Source: Haplodiscus bocki (taxonomy: Eukaryota). From it: 64,000 nucleotides of DNA. The notes under the pieces are model-generated. The model made no database searches, was not told the origin of the DNA, and saw only the letters and a program-made list of their open reading frames with translations. This document shows, piece after piece, positions 11,300-25,040 of the stretch (position 1 is the first letter of the stretch; each line of letters begins with the position of its first letter). The stretch covers positions 85,498,001-85,562,000 of the forward strand of contig OZ296652.1 in the NCBI GenBank assembly GCA_965655095.1, read 5' to 3'. The position numbers and the translations under genes are program-made.

Positions 11300-14100
11300 T
11301 CCGTAACATCCATTCAAAATGCAAAAAAATCTAGTACCCAAAAAAAGCATTGAAAGCTGGGACCAGGTCAAAAATCTAAGGTATTTCAGATTTGACTTTG
11401 TCGCCATCTTTAGTGAGGTCCTCTTTTTCAATCTCCCGAAAGGCTCTCTCGATTGGTACTCCTTCCTCTGGTCAAGTCTGGGTTTCAGCCACCTGATGTA
11501 GAGCGCTTCAAGTGTGAGTAGCCTGTTAGTGTTTAGGAAAAAAACCAGGTTTTCGGTTTTTACAGTCATCGGAGCACTAAGTACTCAGCGAAGTGTAAAC
11601 TCCGGGTGAACACCAAGGTCTTTTCGGCTCAGTCGGGTTGGTGTCTGGTCGTATGACCGACATGGCGGCCATTACAGCCCGGATATTGGATCAAGTAAAC
11701 CAATCAACTGTTAAGATTTGCGTCTTTTTCATACATCAGGCTTCGCAAACACTTTCTGAGCTTCCAAAAAAGAACATCTTTGCTACTCAGATTGTTCGCA
11801 AAGTGATCGCTTTCTTTTCCTCTATAGTGCAACGTTAAAGCAGGAAGATTTTGTCTTCTATTACCTCAATGTGGTTTTTAGTTCCTTTTTCACCGAACCT
11901 TGCTCGTGACAACCTCCTTTGTCACATCTGTCTCCTAGAAATGAGGAGCATACCTGATTTGCCGAGTGATGTGAGCTTTCCGGACACTTGTGTTGTCGAA
12001 TTCAGACCAACCAGATAAAGCGTGACTGATGCGGTTGATCATACCATCAACGACCTAATTTTAGAATCTTGATGGGCCTATACTGTGAGGACCCATAAAA
12101 GACACCATTGCTAGCAGGTTTCAAGTACCATTCTCAAACCAAAACTTTTATTTCTCTGTTGATCATCATATCCAGAAAAGGCAATTGGCGACCCTTTTCA
12201 ATTTCAAGGTGGAATTCGATACTTTTATGGAAAGCATTCAACTTTGTCAGTGTCTTCGGTTTTCACTGCCTCCGACAAACCTTCAAAAAATTTAGTTTTC
12301 TGAGGGAGTTCAGTGGTACAACCACAGAGCCAAAAATCAGCGTTTTCATCAAGAGCCGTAATATCGTCAGAGATACAAACTTGGTGAAACCAACAACGGC
12401 AGCCAACAGAGCAAAAACAAAAAAACACCGTTTTGAAAGTTGTTTCCGCCTCTGGCACATCAGAACCAGTCGTCTCTTGATCGGCTTCCACTGATAGTTG
12501 CTGTTTCCTTCGCCAGAACATCTTCAAAATTGTGCGTCCAGGTTTTTGCCAGCGCTACCGATAAAAAAGACTCCGAGGCCAAGAGGTCAACTTGACGCCA
12601 CTCTACTCCAATGCAGGTGGAATGCGCGTTCTCTACAGCCAAGTTCAAGTGGTTGCAAATTTTTTTTTCTGTCAAATGTCAAAAGTCCGATAGACGCATC
12701 CTACTACTGTTTGAATCATTGCGTTTTGTCTTTTTTTTGGAAAACACGGTAGCTGTAACTCAGAACACAGGAGTTTATCGTTTCCTCCTCAAAACATTTA
12801 CAGCCCTTCCATATTTTCTGGAATCAGGAAGAGCATTCAAAAGTACTGCCCCAGATGTTTGAAAAAATTCATCTCCGAAAAAATTTGAGGAAATGTTGTC
12901 ACGTCTTCTAAAGTAACCAGCGACGCAACTCTTGCTTTAAAGTTTGCCTAGGCGATCAGCATGTGGTAGAATATAAAAAAAAACGAAAACATCGGAGTAA
13001 AGGTTGCGTACTTAGGATTTTTATCAACTGTCAGCAAGCATACCTTCTCTAATAATGGTCGCTCTTGAGTGTATTTGTCAAACACGAAAATGGGGCCAGC
13101 TGCTCCTATTTGAACTCCTTGCTTAATAAATGATATGTTTTTCGGAAAATCGTAAAGTGAAGAACTGCAGTGGTCCAGACAACCGGGAACGAACAAAAGA
13201 ACTGAAGATTTCATAGGAGCAAACCTCATTAGAGATGTGATTGCAAAAGTTTCTCTGGATGATAGAACAAGTTCTACGTATAGAGTTACTAGTTTTGGAA
13301 AATGACCACTTGCGCTGAAGAGTTCCCTTAAGAGTTTTCTGAAAGTCAGTACTAGTAAATCTTGTTCAAAAAACCTGACCATTTCTTCATTGAATGGTTA
13401 TATCAGATACCAAAAGGCCTTACCTTCTCGCACTTTCGGCTATAACTTAAAGGCAAATAGGAGGCATTGTAGTTGGTTGAAAACCCAATCAGGTATATTG
13501 AAAGGGTCATCACGCAAACTACCAGGAATTATCATTGAAAAAAGTCTACTCTTCTGCATAGATGTTAAAGTTTAGTCAAAGGGCTAGTAGTATTCCTTGG
13601 ACAGGCTCCAAATAAAACACAAAAAAACTGGTTCTAGTACGGAGCACTATGCAACGTTTTGAAAACTTTTTCGAGGGGAAACATATGCAGTTGAGGTGGA
13701 AGTTGTCTCTTTTTCATGAGTCAAAGCTTTTATATATTGAAGAGTTAATTTTCTTTCCAGACAAGATTTCAGGTGATACGATGCGTCGTAGATCTCAGCA
13801 AGAGAGTTGCAAAGGTTCGCACCAACCACTCAGAAACAGCGCTCACCAAAAATTGTTTGTTTGCAGGTTTCAGGACATTTTTCTAGTTACTCGTTTGTCC
13901 CAGAATGTACTCAGACAATTGTTTCTCACTGAAAAAAAGATTTGACAAGTTGGAAAGCACAGGCAGTGGAGAATCAACACATTTTAGGAAAACTGTAGCT
14001 GTAGAGCTGATTCGTATCCGAACAGGAAGCCAATGTAACTCACGAAGCAAAACTGTAGTTGAAGTAAAAATTTTGGGCGCTTTACTGCAAAATAACTACA
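11300..14100 (-). mobile_element. Decayed Penelope-like retroelement (RT plus C-terminal GIY-YIG endonuclease); ends approximate
   Basis: Minus strand: IKQGVQIGAAGPI (RT motif-4-like, ~13090-13128), YFRRRDNI (decayed YxDD, ~12893-12916), LNAFHKSIEFHLEIEKGRQLPFLDMMI (~12160-12245), GIY-YIG-like VYLIQYPGCNGRHVGHTTRH (~11640-11700), terminal LLTLEALYIRWLKPRLD (11291-11569 ORF). Confidence 0.82.
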
Positions 14101-16450
14101 GTTTTCCTATCCAATTTCCAGGAAAACCCTAAAAAAGTCAGTTACAAAAGTTAGGTCTGCGGGTGATGAAAGTCGATTTTTTCAATTTTGAAGTTTCAAG
14201 ACAAATCTTTCCCAAAAAACAAAGTGCGCCTCAATTGTTAATAACGCCAAGCACAGTCCAGGTTCATATATTTGCAAAAATTCAAATTGCTGTTGATTTA
14301 AGGTTCTTTTCGCACTTCTTTTTAGATGTTTCAAATGTAAAGAATGAGCATCAAATTAACTATTTGATCCCTGGATTTTAAACTCAGGAAAAAAGTTTTT
14401 TTTTCTTGCCTCTTTTTCCATGCGTTCCACTACTTTCTCTAGTAGAGGACAATCATAAGTGTCAAAAAAAATTTCCCTGCGTGTAAAAAGACCAACGCGT
14501 ACGTTTAGTGGGAAGAAGGTTTACTATACCAACATCGGCTTTGAGTTTTCCAACATTTTTCTTCCACAATTTCATCGTAAACTACGAGCTGTAATGCTGA
14601 CTCCATTGGCTTTTTTAATTTTATGTGATTTAACTATGTTTATAGAAGTGGTTTTCGTCAATATTACTCTACGTGACAATTTTTTTCGCACTGTTTATGG
14701 TCACAGTAAGCCCTTCTGAGTTCCCAGTAAATATTTTTCTATTCTGCTTCTTTTGTTTGGACTAACCATATTCATACCACTTTTATGTCTTTTTATCATA
14801 GAATCCGATCACCCTAATCATTATGCAAGACTATCGTGCTAATTCAAGATTGGTTGCTTTCAGTTCTTTTAGTTTTGTTGAAATTCTTGTTTTGATTTGG
14901 CGTTGTATTAAGGAGCCATTTTTGTTTGCAGTTTTTGATATGAACTGGAAATCAGAAAAAGAACTCACCTAAAGTTTAAAATTGTTATGAACGTATACAA
15001 TTTCATAACTTTTTGAAGACAATATTTCTTGTCAAAAAAACATTCCTCAGTTTTTTCATTATGGTTTCCAAGTAAAAATGTCTCAGTATTGATTTGTTTT
15101 TGAAACCTTCAATTATTTAGCAAACAAAAAGTCAGTTCTTGTATGCTTTTTTGGCCCAAGATTTTTCCCGACATTTCAGTTATGTTAAGACTCTGCTGCC
15201 TTGTCTGTAGCTCAGTTGACGAACAGCACATTTCACGTGTTGTTACGTGCAATAAACAATATTCTTTTGAAGGAACATGAATGTTGAGTGAAAGATTTTC
15301 CTTCCATACAAAATAAGGGTGGGAAAAAAGTTTTTCTACAAAAAAAAATATGTTGGTCAAATTTCTCATCTTTTTCTTTCGGCCTAAATTTTCGTAAATT
15401 TCACTTAAATTTCTATGTGGAACAATTTAGTTCCAATATTATTGCCTGATAATTTTTTCATCTAATAAAACATTTGCTTTCTATCGTACAATTCTCTAAA
15501 ACCTCAATAATTTCATCTCTGGGTGTTTCTTCACTGATTAGAGCTCCTAATGATTGAGAATCAACCTCTATTCTTTCTTCTGAGTGTTATTACAATAATT
15601 CTTTTATATTGGCATCTTGTTTGCAATTTGAAAGTTTTTATTAAGCTGAGAAACGCAGGCCTCCAAAAAATATTGAAGAGAAGTCACAAACAATGCGCAG
15701 AAAGTCACAGTGAAACGAAAAACTTTGCGAAATGGATTAATGGCGGCATCATTGCCTTAGCCCCTCGGCTGTTTTCGCCTGAAGTCCTAAAATTGAAAGA
15801 CTGCGATAGCATGACACTTTTAGGAGGCTAGCCGACCCTCAAATCTCTTTGTTTTTCAACAACGAACACTCAAATATAAGAAACTAAAGATTGAAAATTA
15901 TATTCTCATTAAAACAATGAATTTCTTTCTCAAATTTTTTTTCTGTTTTGAAGTATATCTTTATGTATATAATCATATTTTTATGCAGCGAGGATTTAAA
16001 AAAACCTAAGGTTGGTTTTTTAGGATTGAGGTTGGGTTAGCTTCCCGTAGAAACCATGCTACTGATCGATCTATATTCGAAAAATAGCTATGTCTAGAAA
16101 TGGCATGCAAGCGACAGAAAGCGTCATTTTGGAATAAGCGACATTCGATGTATTACGAAACACTGTTGCACCAAAGTTTTACTCACAAATAGACAAATCA
16201 TTGCCACGCCATTAGTTCGACTGTTTGTTTGCTGTTGAGTCTTTGGAAGCTTCTTACAACTTCGTAGGTGCCCCCTACTTGAACCTATCCTGTTGTGCCA
16301 CCCGGTCACGAAACTGTCGAATGTCCGACTGGTATTTCAATAACTGATTGAGAACTCAATGGACTCACCTATGCCAACTAGAGTAATAACTTTCTCCCGA
16401 ATTTTCCATTGGCATTTCATCCCAACCTCTTTCGAGTACTCTACGGTTTC

Positions 16451-17856
16451 TGTTGAAGCATTGAACTCGAAGTAATGACTTCAAAGCGTACCGGTGAAGA
16501 TTTGATAAAAAACTGAACATCCATTCGTATGGCCATTACTGCCACACCGAGTTCACGGAAGATATGTACGATGAAATTTCAATCAAATACTTCCCCGCAA
16601 AGAAACAATAATTTGTAATTCTCCATAACTTCATAGATGTAAAATGATGTCATCTGTGTTGTTTAAAAAAGATCCCATTTCTACTGAATTGCTCTTCAAA
16701 CCAGCGTGCTGCACTGTACATGTTTAGAAACGCTGATTGAAAATCTTATGTTTGCGTTTTAGGCCATTTTGCCACAATTGACTTTGCTTCAAGCCCTCAG
16801 AGATTGCTAATATCTTTATATGTAAACTAGTTTCATAAATATTAAATCAAGCCTGTTTTTTTTACAAAGCTCATTGAGAAACTTTCCCAATAATTCTGAA
16901 AAGCCCACAAACTATCAAGCAATCGTTTTTGGCGCTTTTATGATTTTTGTTCTCATTAATTGTTTTGCGCGCTAAACGGTTCTTATCGTTTTAATTATTA
17001 GGTTGTAGAGAAGTACCCATTCAACATCATTGTTGTCACTGACATTTTTCTCACAGTTTCTTACACCTTACGAAATGGAGCTTAAATTTTTGGCGGCCGA
17101 ATTTTGAATCACGTCTTTATTGCAGGAAAAAACTGTTTTGTTCCTTAATTCATTATCCCCCTCAGTCAAACAGTTTATATTTTTTGAATGACATACACTA
17201 AAGTTATTTAATTAATCTTATCGACCTTCGATGGCGCCGGTATTCTATTCAAACGTGATTTGCCGGTGCTCCGTTAATGTCAATTTACTTCAGTATTGGT
17301 CCTTTTATCTAGCTAAACAAACGATCTGACTTGCTTCGAGATTGAAATATGATTTTTGGCAACTCGTCATTTACTGAGCACGTTCCTTGATCGTATCTCC
17401 GTCCCAAATTTTTGCAAAACGCACCTGTAATCCGCACTTTAGCGGGTAATAAAAATTCACGCTTATCATATGGAAAGTAAAGATTTTTTAACAGATCTTA
17501 TCGGACTATTGTTTGTAAAAATAATAATTTTTTAATCAAAACAAAAATTGTTGCTCAAGCGGGAAAATGGTCGTTAACTAGATATTTTTTCCTCTATAAC
17601 TTGCTCAAATTCAAGCCCAGGAAACCGACATTCAAATGATGGCAGAATTGGTATCACTATAGTGCTTCGAAGGAAAATTTGAGAACACAAATACTTAAGT
17701 TATCAACACTTAGGAGTAGTAGTTTGGAACTATTCCACGAAAAATTTTCCATACAGCCCTTTTAAACCGAAACTTACATGGATTTGTCCCCAAGCTTTAC
17801 CAACCAGAGTCGTTGTAAAGCTGGAATCTGTTTTTAGGATTGGAGCAGCTGTTGGA
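16451..17856 (+). repeat. Bel/Pao 5' LTR (~1.4 kb)
   Basis: Starts TGTTG. Colinear with 23624-25040 along its length (e.g. ctttattgcaggaaa, gacatacactaaagt, acttgcttcgagattga); roughly 70-75% identity by eye. Confidence 0.8.
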
Positions 17857-18086
17857 TTTGGTTCATCGACCCGGATATTCCTTTGTCGTTTTTTCAATTT
17901 GTGGTTATTATTCAGTAAATTTACTTAAAAAGTATATGTGAAGCTAATGCTTCCCTTAACTTGTGGTACGCTTTTTTGGATGGTGTTGAAAGAAGGCACA
18001 AAGCATCACATAGCAAGTCAATGCATTTTTTTGGCGGGAAAAAGGACAAATTCACGGATTTGTAAGCAAGACGAAGCAGCTCCATT

Positions 18087-21000
18087 TTGGAAACAACTAT
18101 GATGATGGCCGAGAATGAGTCTTCTTTGCCTTTGGGCAAAGCTGAGTCCAGCGACGAGTCCCAGACACCTCCAGATCCCTTATCAACAAAGTTTGCAGGT
18201 ACATCGCATGATTCATTGACTCCTCTGGTAAGCTGCTCGTTACCTGTGAAAAACCCGGTAGAACAAGTTGACGTCAAGATCGAATCGAATATAAATTCAA
18301 AGAAGTTTGCGTCCAAGAACTCGTGCGTATCCACCAGACGCATACTTGGGCTAAAAACCATCTCATTAGAAGAACAAGCGCAAGTCAATGTTCTCGCAAT
18401 GGAAGAAAAATTTGCACTCCATCAGAAACAACGAAAGATGGAACTTGAGGCTCAAAATGAGGCTCAGGAGTTGGCGGCGATTGAACAAGAGAAAGACCTA
18501 GAGGTAAAAATCAAAACATTGTAGATCGATGCAGGATTTGGTCCTTCACGCAGCAGTCTGTCATGTGTTAATTCATATATTAGAGCAGAAGATAATACGA
18601 AAAGCTGGGCAATGTTTCCAATCAAAAAGTTTGGAGAAGCAAGTGATCCACCAGTCACTGTTGCAACTGTGACGGAAAACTCACAGCCAAGTTATAACTC
18701 TGACGGCATTACTTTCGCAGCTAGAAGATCAGGCCGAGTGAAGCTGGACGTTTCTCAATCCAACATGGCACCCGGAATAGCCACTGGTTTATTTTTATGA
18801 TCTCAACAAATTCTTCATTCCTTCCACAGTGCGACAACCCACTCGTCTACCAGCATCTGCTCCGAACAATCAATTGATTCAAGTTCCGATGAGTCGTTCA
18901 ATGCCAAATTCATCAGCTAGGATGAAACTCCCGAAGCTTATTCTCGACAATTTTCTGGTGATCCAATTGATTGGCCGGAGAGGTCCGTACAGATTCCAGC
19001 AACAATCAATCAACCTCCTCCTGATGATGGTATGGAAATTAAATAATTGAAAACACCTGTCAGTTGAAGAACTTAAGTAGTCATCGAAGCCATGGGCTCA
19101 AACGCAGGCAGTTAAGTTACAGATTTAATTGGTTTATTTCAGCCAAAGGCTTTGGCCGACCGGAACTAGTATTAAATGCGCAACTCAAAAGGTTGCATTC
19201 CTAACCTTTCATCAAACCGCATTAGACAGCAAAAGTGATAGAGTTTTCTCATATTGTGTCATCTTGTGCAAACATTCTGAGCGAGTGTGCTTATGAAAGT
19301 GATTTGACGTCAGAATCAGTTCTGCACAATGCGGTCTGGAAGTTGCCAATTGATTTGAAAACTAAGTGCTTGACTTTTCAGCAGAGTTTCAACCCGTTTC
19401 AAAGAAACGTGGGTTCTCAATGCCTGGCTGAAGGATATTGTTGAAGTTCAAAAAAGCTTGAAATTGCAGTTCGAATCCGCAACAGACAAAGGCAAATTTG
19501 TTCGGAAAGCAGTAAAACAGAAATTTACAGTTCTTGAGTCAGAGGCTCAGAAGAGCACCAATCAAAAAGCGAGTGAATGCTTCATGTGGGAGGGCGAGCA
19601 CAAAATTCGGATTTGCCAAAATTCAAGAAATTCGCAGTAAGGGAGAGAAATGAAACGGTTAAAAGTTTCAACCTCTGTTGCTGCTGTCTAAATTGACGAC
19701 ATCGTGATAATCTATGCATACTCAAAAGAAGCTGTGGAAAAGATGGCTATATTCGAAAGCATAACAGACTGTTTCATAGGGATAGAACTGATCCATCAAA
19801 CTGACATTTGACTGCTTCCGAAACCAAAACTGTTTTGACAGCTATTACTTGGAGTGGAACCCAGTAAGTAATGTCCGTCAAGTTGTCAAATAGTGCAAAC
19901 TCGTTTGAAACGCTAGCGGTTTGTGACACTTGATCAACATCATCTTTCATTGATTTGGGAATCAAGTCTTTGTTGGGCAAGGATGGAACGAAATTGACAG
20001 TCAGTGTGGCCGGCGTAAACGGCATGAAACACACGAAAACTGAGAAAGTCTCAGTAAAGGTATCTGCGAACAATCATGATGAAATTGTGACGTTTCACGT
20101 ACATCCAAAAATGTACCTCGGGAGTCGCAGGTATGATTTTTCACAAATCAATCAAAAATACAAGCCTTTCAAGGATTTGCTGAAAATTTTTGTTGATTTA
20201 CATGATGTGAAAGTTGTCCGTCAACAACATTTTTTTCATCTGCTTTTCTCAATAGGGCACAAGAAACAAACCTTGGGCCGTAAAAACAAATTTGGGTTGC
20301 ACGCTTAATGCACCGCTAGCAAAACGCGAAAATGCACAGATTGCAACAACTTTCTCAGTCAGCCATCATGATAAGTTAGCTCAGCAACCGCAAACTTTGT
20401 GGAGTTCTGAGTCCTATGCATCCTGTTGCAATGTAAGTGGTCGGTCTCGTAAAGATAAGACGGCAATTGAGTTTTTGGAGAAGACAAAAAATCTGTCGGA
20501 AGGAAAATACGACGTTGATCTTCTCTGGTTGGACGAAAATATCGCCAACATTTACTTTTCAGTCCATACACAACTGTGCTCACTGGAACGGAGGCTACAG
20601 AAGGACTCTAAACTGCGACAACGGTATGAATGAACTACACACGTGGACTTTGATAGTAACCATGTTCGAAAACTTGAGGCCCAAAGCCTAGAGGCTTCGA
20701 AAAATGAGCCACTGTGGTTTGTTCCACATCACCCGGTTATCAAACCAAACAAACCCGAGAAAGTTCGGCGAGTGTGTAACGCTGCATCGAAATACAAGTG
20801 TTTAGCACTAGATGCCAAACTGACGAGTGGTCCCGATTTTCTACAGAACCCAATGGGATTCATTTTCCGGCTTTGTGAGTACAAAATTGCCATGAAAGCT
20901 GATATCGAAGCTACGTTTTTGCAAATTAAAGTACCCCAGCTGATTGCAAAGTTCCGAAACTTTTTTCGAGGAAAGATTTCAACAATGTAGTCAATGTCTA

Positions 21001-23590
21001 CAATTTACAAGGCACATTTTTGGCACAAAAGTTCGCCTACCTGTAGGAATCATGCACTCCAAAAAAGGCGAATCGATAGCGAGAACTTTAACCCAATAGC
21101 ATCCTGAGCCAGCGAACGTAACTTTCACATGAACGACTTTGCTACGTCTGTAGCAAAACAGCAAGAAGAGATCGAGTTGTATCAACAATTGAAACAATCG
21201 CTCTGCAACGGATAGTTCAATTTGACCCAGTGGCTCAGTAAAAGCACTACTGTAATGGAATTTTTTGAGGGTGCTGACAAGATAGAGAAAACAGTCGAGT
21301 CCGTTGGGCCGAAACCAAGCGCAGCATCTTCACTGGGCGTTCAAGGGAACATGGAAGATGACAGTTTAGGAGTTTATAGTGGCGCAAAGACAAAAGTCCC
21401 CGGGAAAATAGCACAGCATATGGTTGTGTCTTTTGTAGCGTCTGTTTTTGATCCCCTCGTATTTTTGGCCCCTTTCACAATGTGACTGAGAATTCGGTTG
21501 AACACAATTTGGTCAAAACTGGGTCAACTGTGGAATGAAGTGATCCCAAAGGATGACAAAGTGAGTTTTGAGGACTGGGCAAAGGAATTGCAACAACTGA
21601 AAGAAAAGAAATTTGACAGATGTTATTCCAGAGAAAAACTGTATTCAGTTGACCTTCATATTTTCTCATACGCCTGCTCGGAATCAATGTGCGTGGTTGC
21701 AATCGCAGAGCAGAGATTGACAAATGTGTTGATGTCAGTTTTCTATTTGGAAAAGGTCCAATTGCGGCCATGGAGCAGAAAACTGCATCGAAATGCGAAC
21801 TACAAGCACTTTTTATGCCGTGAGATTGAGGCAGCCCATTCTAGAGGATCATTACATAAGTATTGGGAAGGTGTACTGTTCGATAGAATCTTTGACAGTG
21901 CTTCTGGAAGTTTTCGTAGCAAAGAGAATAGATGAATTTTTGGACAGTTAGACAGTCCTTGAATTCAACATGTGCAGGGAACGCTGAAACCAGCTGACAT
22001 TGGAACGCGAGGAATGGCAGTGTCTCAGCTTCTTGAATCGGTATGGTTAACAGGGCCGTCTTGCCGTCGCAACCCTCCGGAAGCTTTGACTTAGCCAAAG
22101 CAGCAGGAAAAACCGGAAAAAGTCAGGCCGTTTGTTTGAATCAAGCATTGGAGTCTCTAATCAACTGGACAAAATTCAGTAACTTCAGAAAATCATTCAG
22201 AGTAATATTCTACAGTTTGAGAGTCAGAAGCCGACAAACCGGCTCATTTAGCGTTGATGAAATGGAACGCGCCAAGCTAGCAGTGTTGCAGCTCATTCCA
22301 AATGAAAAAATTGAAGAGCTTTCGAAATACCGACTGAAACTTTCAGAGAAAAGTTTCCACAAAAATTGAAAAGTTGCGTCCATTCGTGGATGAAGAAGGA
22401 ACCATCCAATTGAAAGGCCGTTTGAGACGATCTGGATGGAATCCACCAGCGAGGCATCGAGTTTTGCTATCATTGAAACATCTGCTTGTTATAATGATGT
22501 CCAGACAAGCATTTGAAGCCACTTATCATAAGAGTAATGAGTATGTTCGAAGTATTCTTCAGCTAGAACTCTGGATCATGTGTCTCCGAAACGCTTTACG
22601 AAGCATCAAGCACCAATGTGTTAATTGTACAAAAGTTGCCGCCCAGCTAATACAGCTTGAGATGGTTGACCCGGAAGAGAGAGTATATGGATTCTCACAA
22701 CCCTTTCAGAACTCTGGAATAAAATCTTTTGGCCCGTTTAAAGTTCAATTTCCACGAAGAATCATGAAAAACCGGTGCTCTCTATTCACCTGCCTGCCTA
22801 CCCGCACTGTTCAAATTGAGGTTGTTGACGGCTTAAACAGCGATGCTTGCCTGATGGCTCTATCATCATCCAAGGCAAGGCGAGGCAGATCTCACACTTT
22901 TGTCAGCGATAATGATACCAAATCTTTCGGTGCGGCACGTGAATTCCAAAAAATTTCGATTGAATGGAACAAAACTCTAATTTTTTAATCCTCTGCGCAG
23001 CAACGTGTTGTCTTGAAGTTCAACTTTCCGGGAAAGCCAAATTTTGGAGTCGTCTGGGAAGGCCTGCTTAGAAGTTGTAAGAAAGCATTGTACTCTATCT
23101 TGCGCACGAGAACTGTTACTGTCCCCGTCCTCACAACGACTATGTGTTTAGTCAAACAGATACTGAAATTGCGCCCAATCATTCCAGTGGAAAACGATGC
23201 TAGTGACTCGAAAACACTGACACTGAATCACTTTTTACTTGGGCCGAGAGTCTCAGCTCAACCATTGCTACCCGATGCCTCGAGGTTCTTTTACTGCCGA
23301 CCAATGTAAAAAATAGCTCAAAGCAAGAATGAAATGACTTGGCAACGTTGGGCTAAAAACTATCTCCAACAATGCAATGTGCGAGCCATAAGGAATCGAA
23401 CGGCATAGTAGTGTTTGGAAGTTGAAATTTTAGTTTGGCTAATCGATGTATCAGTAGAAAAGCACTTTTTCAAAATGGCTCAAGTGATGGAAGTCTATCC
23501 CGATGATGATCGTATAGTACGATCTGCCAAGAAAAAAACTGAAGCAAGAGAGGTCTGAAGACCTGTCGTGAAGTTGGCACCTTTATTCCA
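18087..23590 (+). pseudogene. Bel/Pao gag-pol, fragmented
   Basis: Series of plus-strand ORF fragments from 18087 to 23309 with gag (MKLPKLILDNF), PR, RT, RH and IN motifs; numerous stops and frameshifts. Confidence 0.88.
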
Positions 23591-23623
23591 CGAGTGTTCT
23601 CGAGCGGAAAAAAGGGCCGGCGA

Positions 23624-25040
23624 TGTTGGCTCCTCGTACCAAAAGTAATAATTCCAAAACGTACCCTTGAAAATTTGATAAAGAACTAAACATTCAATCT
23701 TATGGCGATTGCTGCTAACCTGCATTTACTGAAGATCTGTTTGATGAAATTTAAATTGAGTAGTTCCCAGCAAAGAAAAATTAATTGGTAAATCTCAATG
23801 TATTCAACGAAGTAAAATGAAGCCGTCTGTGATAATTCAAATTGCTTACGCTTTTACTACAAAGCTTTTCAGGCAACCGTGAATCTCTGTGTAGGTTAAA
23901 ACAAGTGGGTTGTAAGTCTTGTGATTGCGGTTTCCCCAATTTTGCCCTTGTTCATTTTGTTTCAAATCTTCAAAGAATATAGATAGTTTTTTTGTGTGCT
24001 AGTTTTATAAATAGATATCAAATCCGTTCTTAAGGAAAAACTCATCGAGGAAAACTTCTTAGAATTTTGCCAACCCCTCAACATAACGCGCGATCTCATC
24101 AAGGTGCCTTTTCCATTTTTGGTCTCATTTTTTTTGAGCATTAAACGAACAAAAAAATCCGAACTTTCATGGTTTCAATCAGATTCTAAAATAATACCGT
24201 TTCCACATCATAGCTGGCATAGACATATGTCCTACAGTTAATCAGACCTTACAAGGTCGTGCGTAATTTATTGGATGCCGAATCTCCATTCACGCCTTTA
24301 TTGCAGGAAATTAAATCTTTGTTCCTTCATTCAATATCCCCAGAGTAAGTTTTTTTAAAATAGTTGGAACGACATACACTAAAGTCATTTTATTAACCCT
24401 CATCGAATTTCGACGGCGCCAGTGTTCTTTTCGGACGTGATTAGCCGCTTCTTCCTCAATAACACTTCATTTCAGTATTAGTCTTATCACCCAGGTAAAC
24501 AAACAAACAACTTGCTTCGAGATTGATAATATGAAGTTTGGCAAGTCATTATTTATTGAGCACGTTTCTAGATCTTATCTCCCTCCTTTTTATTCCTATG
24601 GCGCACGTGTACCCGCCATTTTAGCAGGAAACAAATGTTCACGTTTATCATAAGAAACGTTTTGATTTTTCAACAGATCTTAACTGACTAGAGTTTGTAA
24701 AAATTATTAATTTTTTAACCAGAACAAATATTGATGCTCAAGTCGAAAGGTGGTCGTTAACTGATTTTTTTCACTGTAAAGCGTGTTCAAATTGAAGCCC
24801 AGAAAAGTGATATTCAGTTGAGATCGGAACTGTTATGACCAGAGTGTTTCGGTGGAGAAGAGTTGAGAACGGAGAAATTGAAGTTATGAACACCTGGGAG
24901 GAGCAGTTTCGAAAAATTCCTCGAAAATTCTTGCATGCAAACCTTTTGAACTGAACCTGACCTGGAGTTGTCCGCAAGCAGTACAAACCAGAGCCGGCGT
25001 AAAGCTTGAATCTGGCTTAAGGATTCGAGCATTCGTTACA
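23624..25040 (+). repeat. Bel/Pao 3' LTR (~1.4 kb)
   Basis: TGTTG immediately after the PPT; ends ...GTTACA; homologous to 16451-17856. Confidence 0.82.

Larger units (their letters stand above)
16451..25040 (+). mobile_element. Full-length decayed Bel/Pao LTR retrotransposon
   Basis: Paired LTRs. PBS-like TGGTTCATCGACCCGGAT at 17859-17876. PPT-like GAAAAAAGGGCCGGCGA before 23624. Pol motifs WFVPHHPVIKPNKPEKVRRVCNAASKY and ADIEATFL (RT), VDLHIFSYA (RNase H), FTCLPTRTVQIEV / FGVVWEGLLRSCK / LTLNHFLLG (IN). Flanks gtttc and gttct are a possible eroded 5-bp TSD. Confidence 0.92.
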
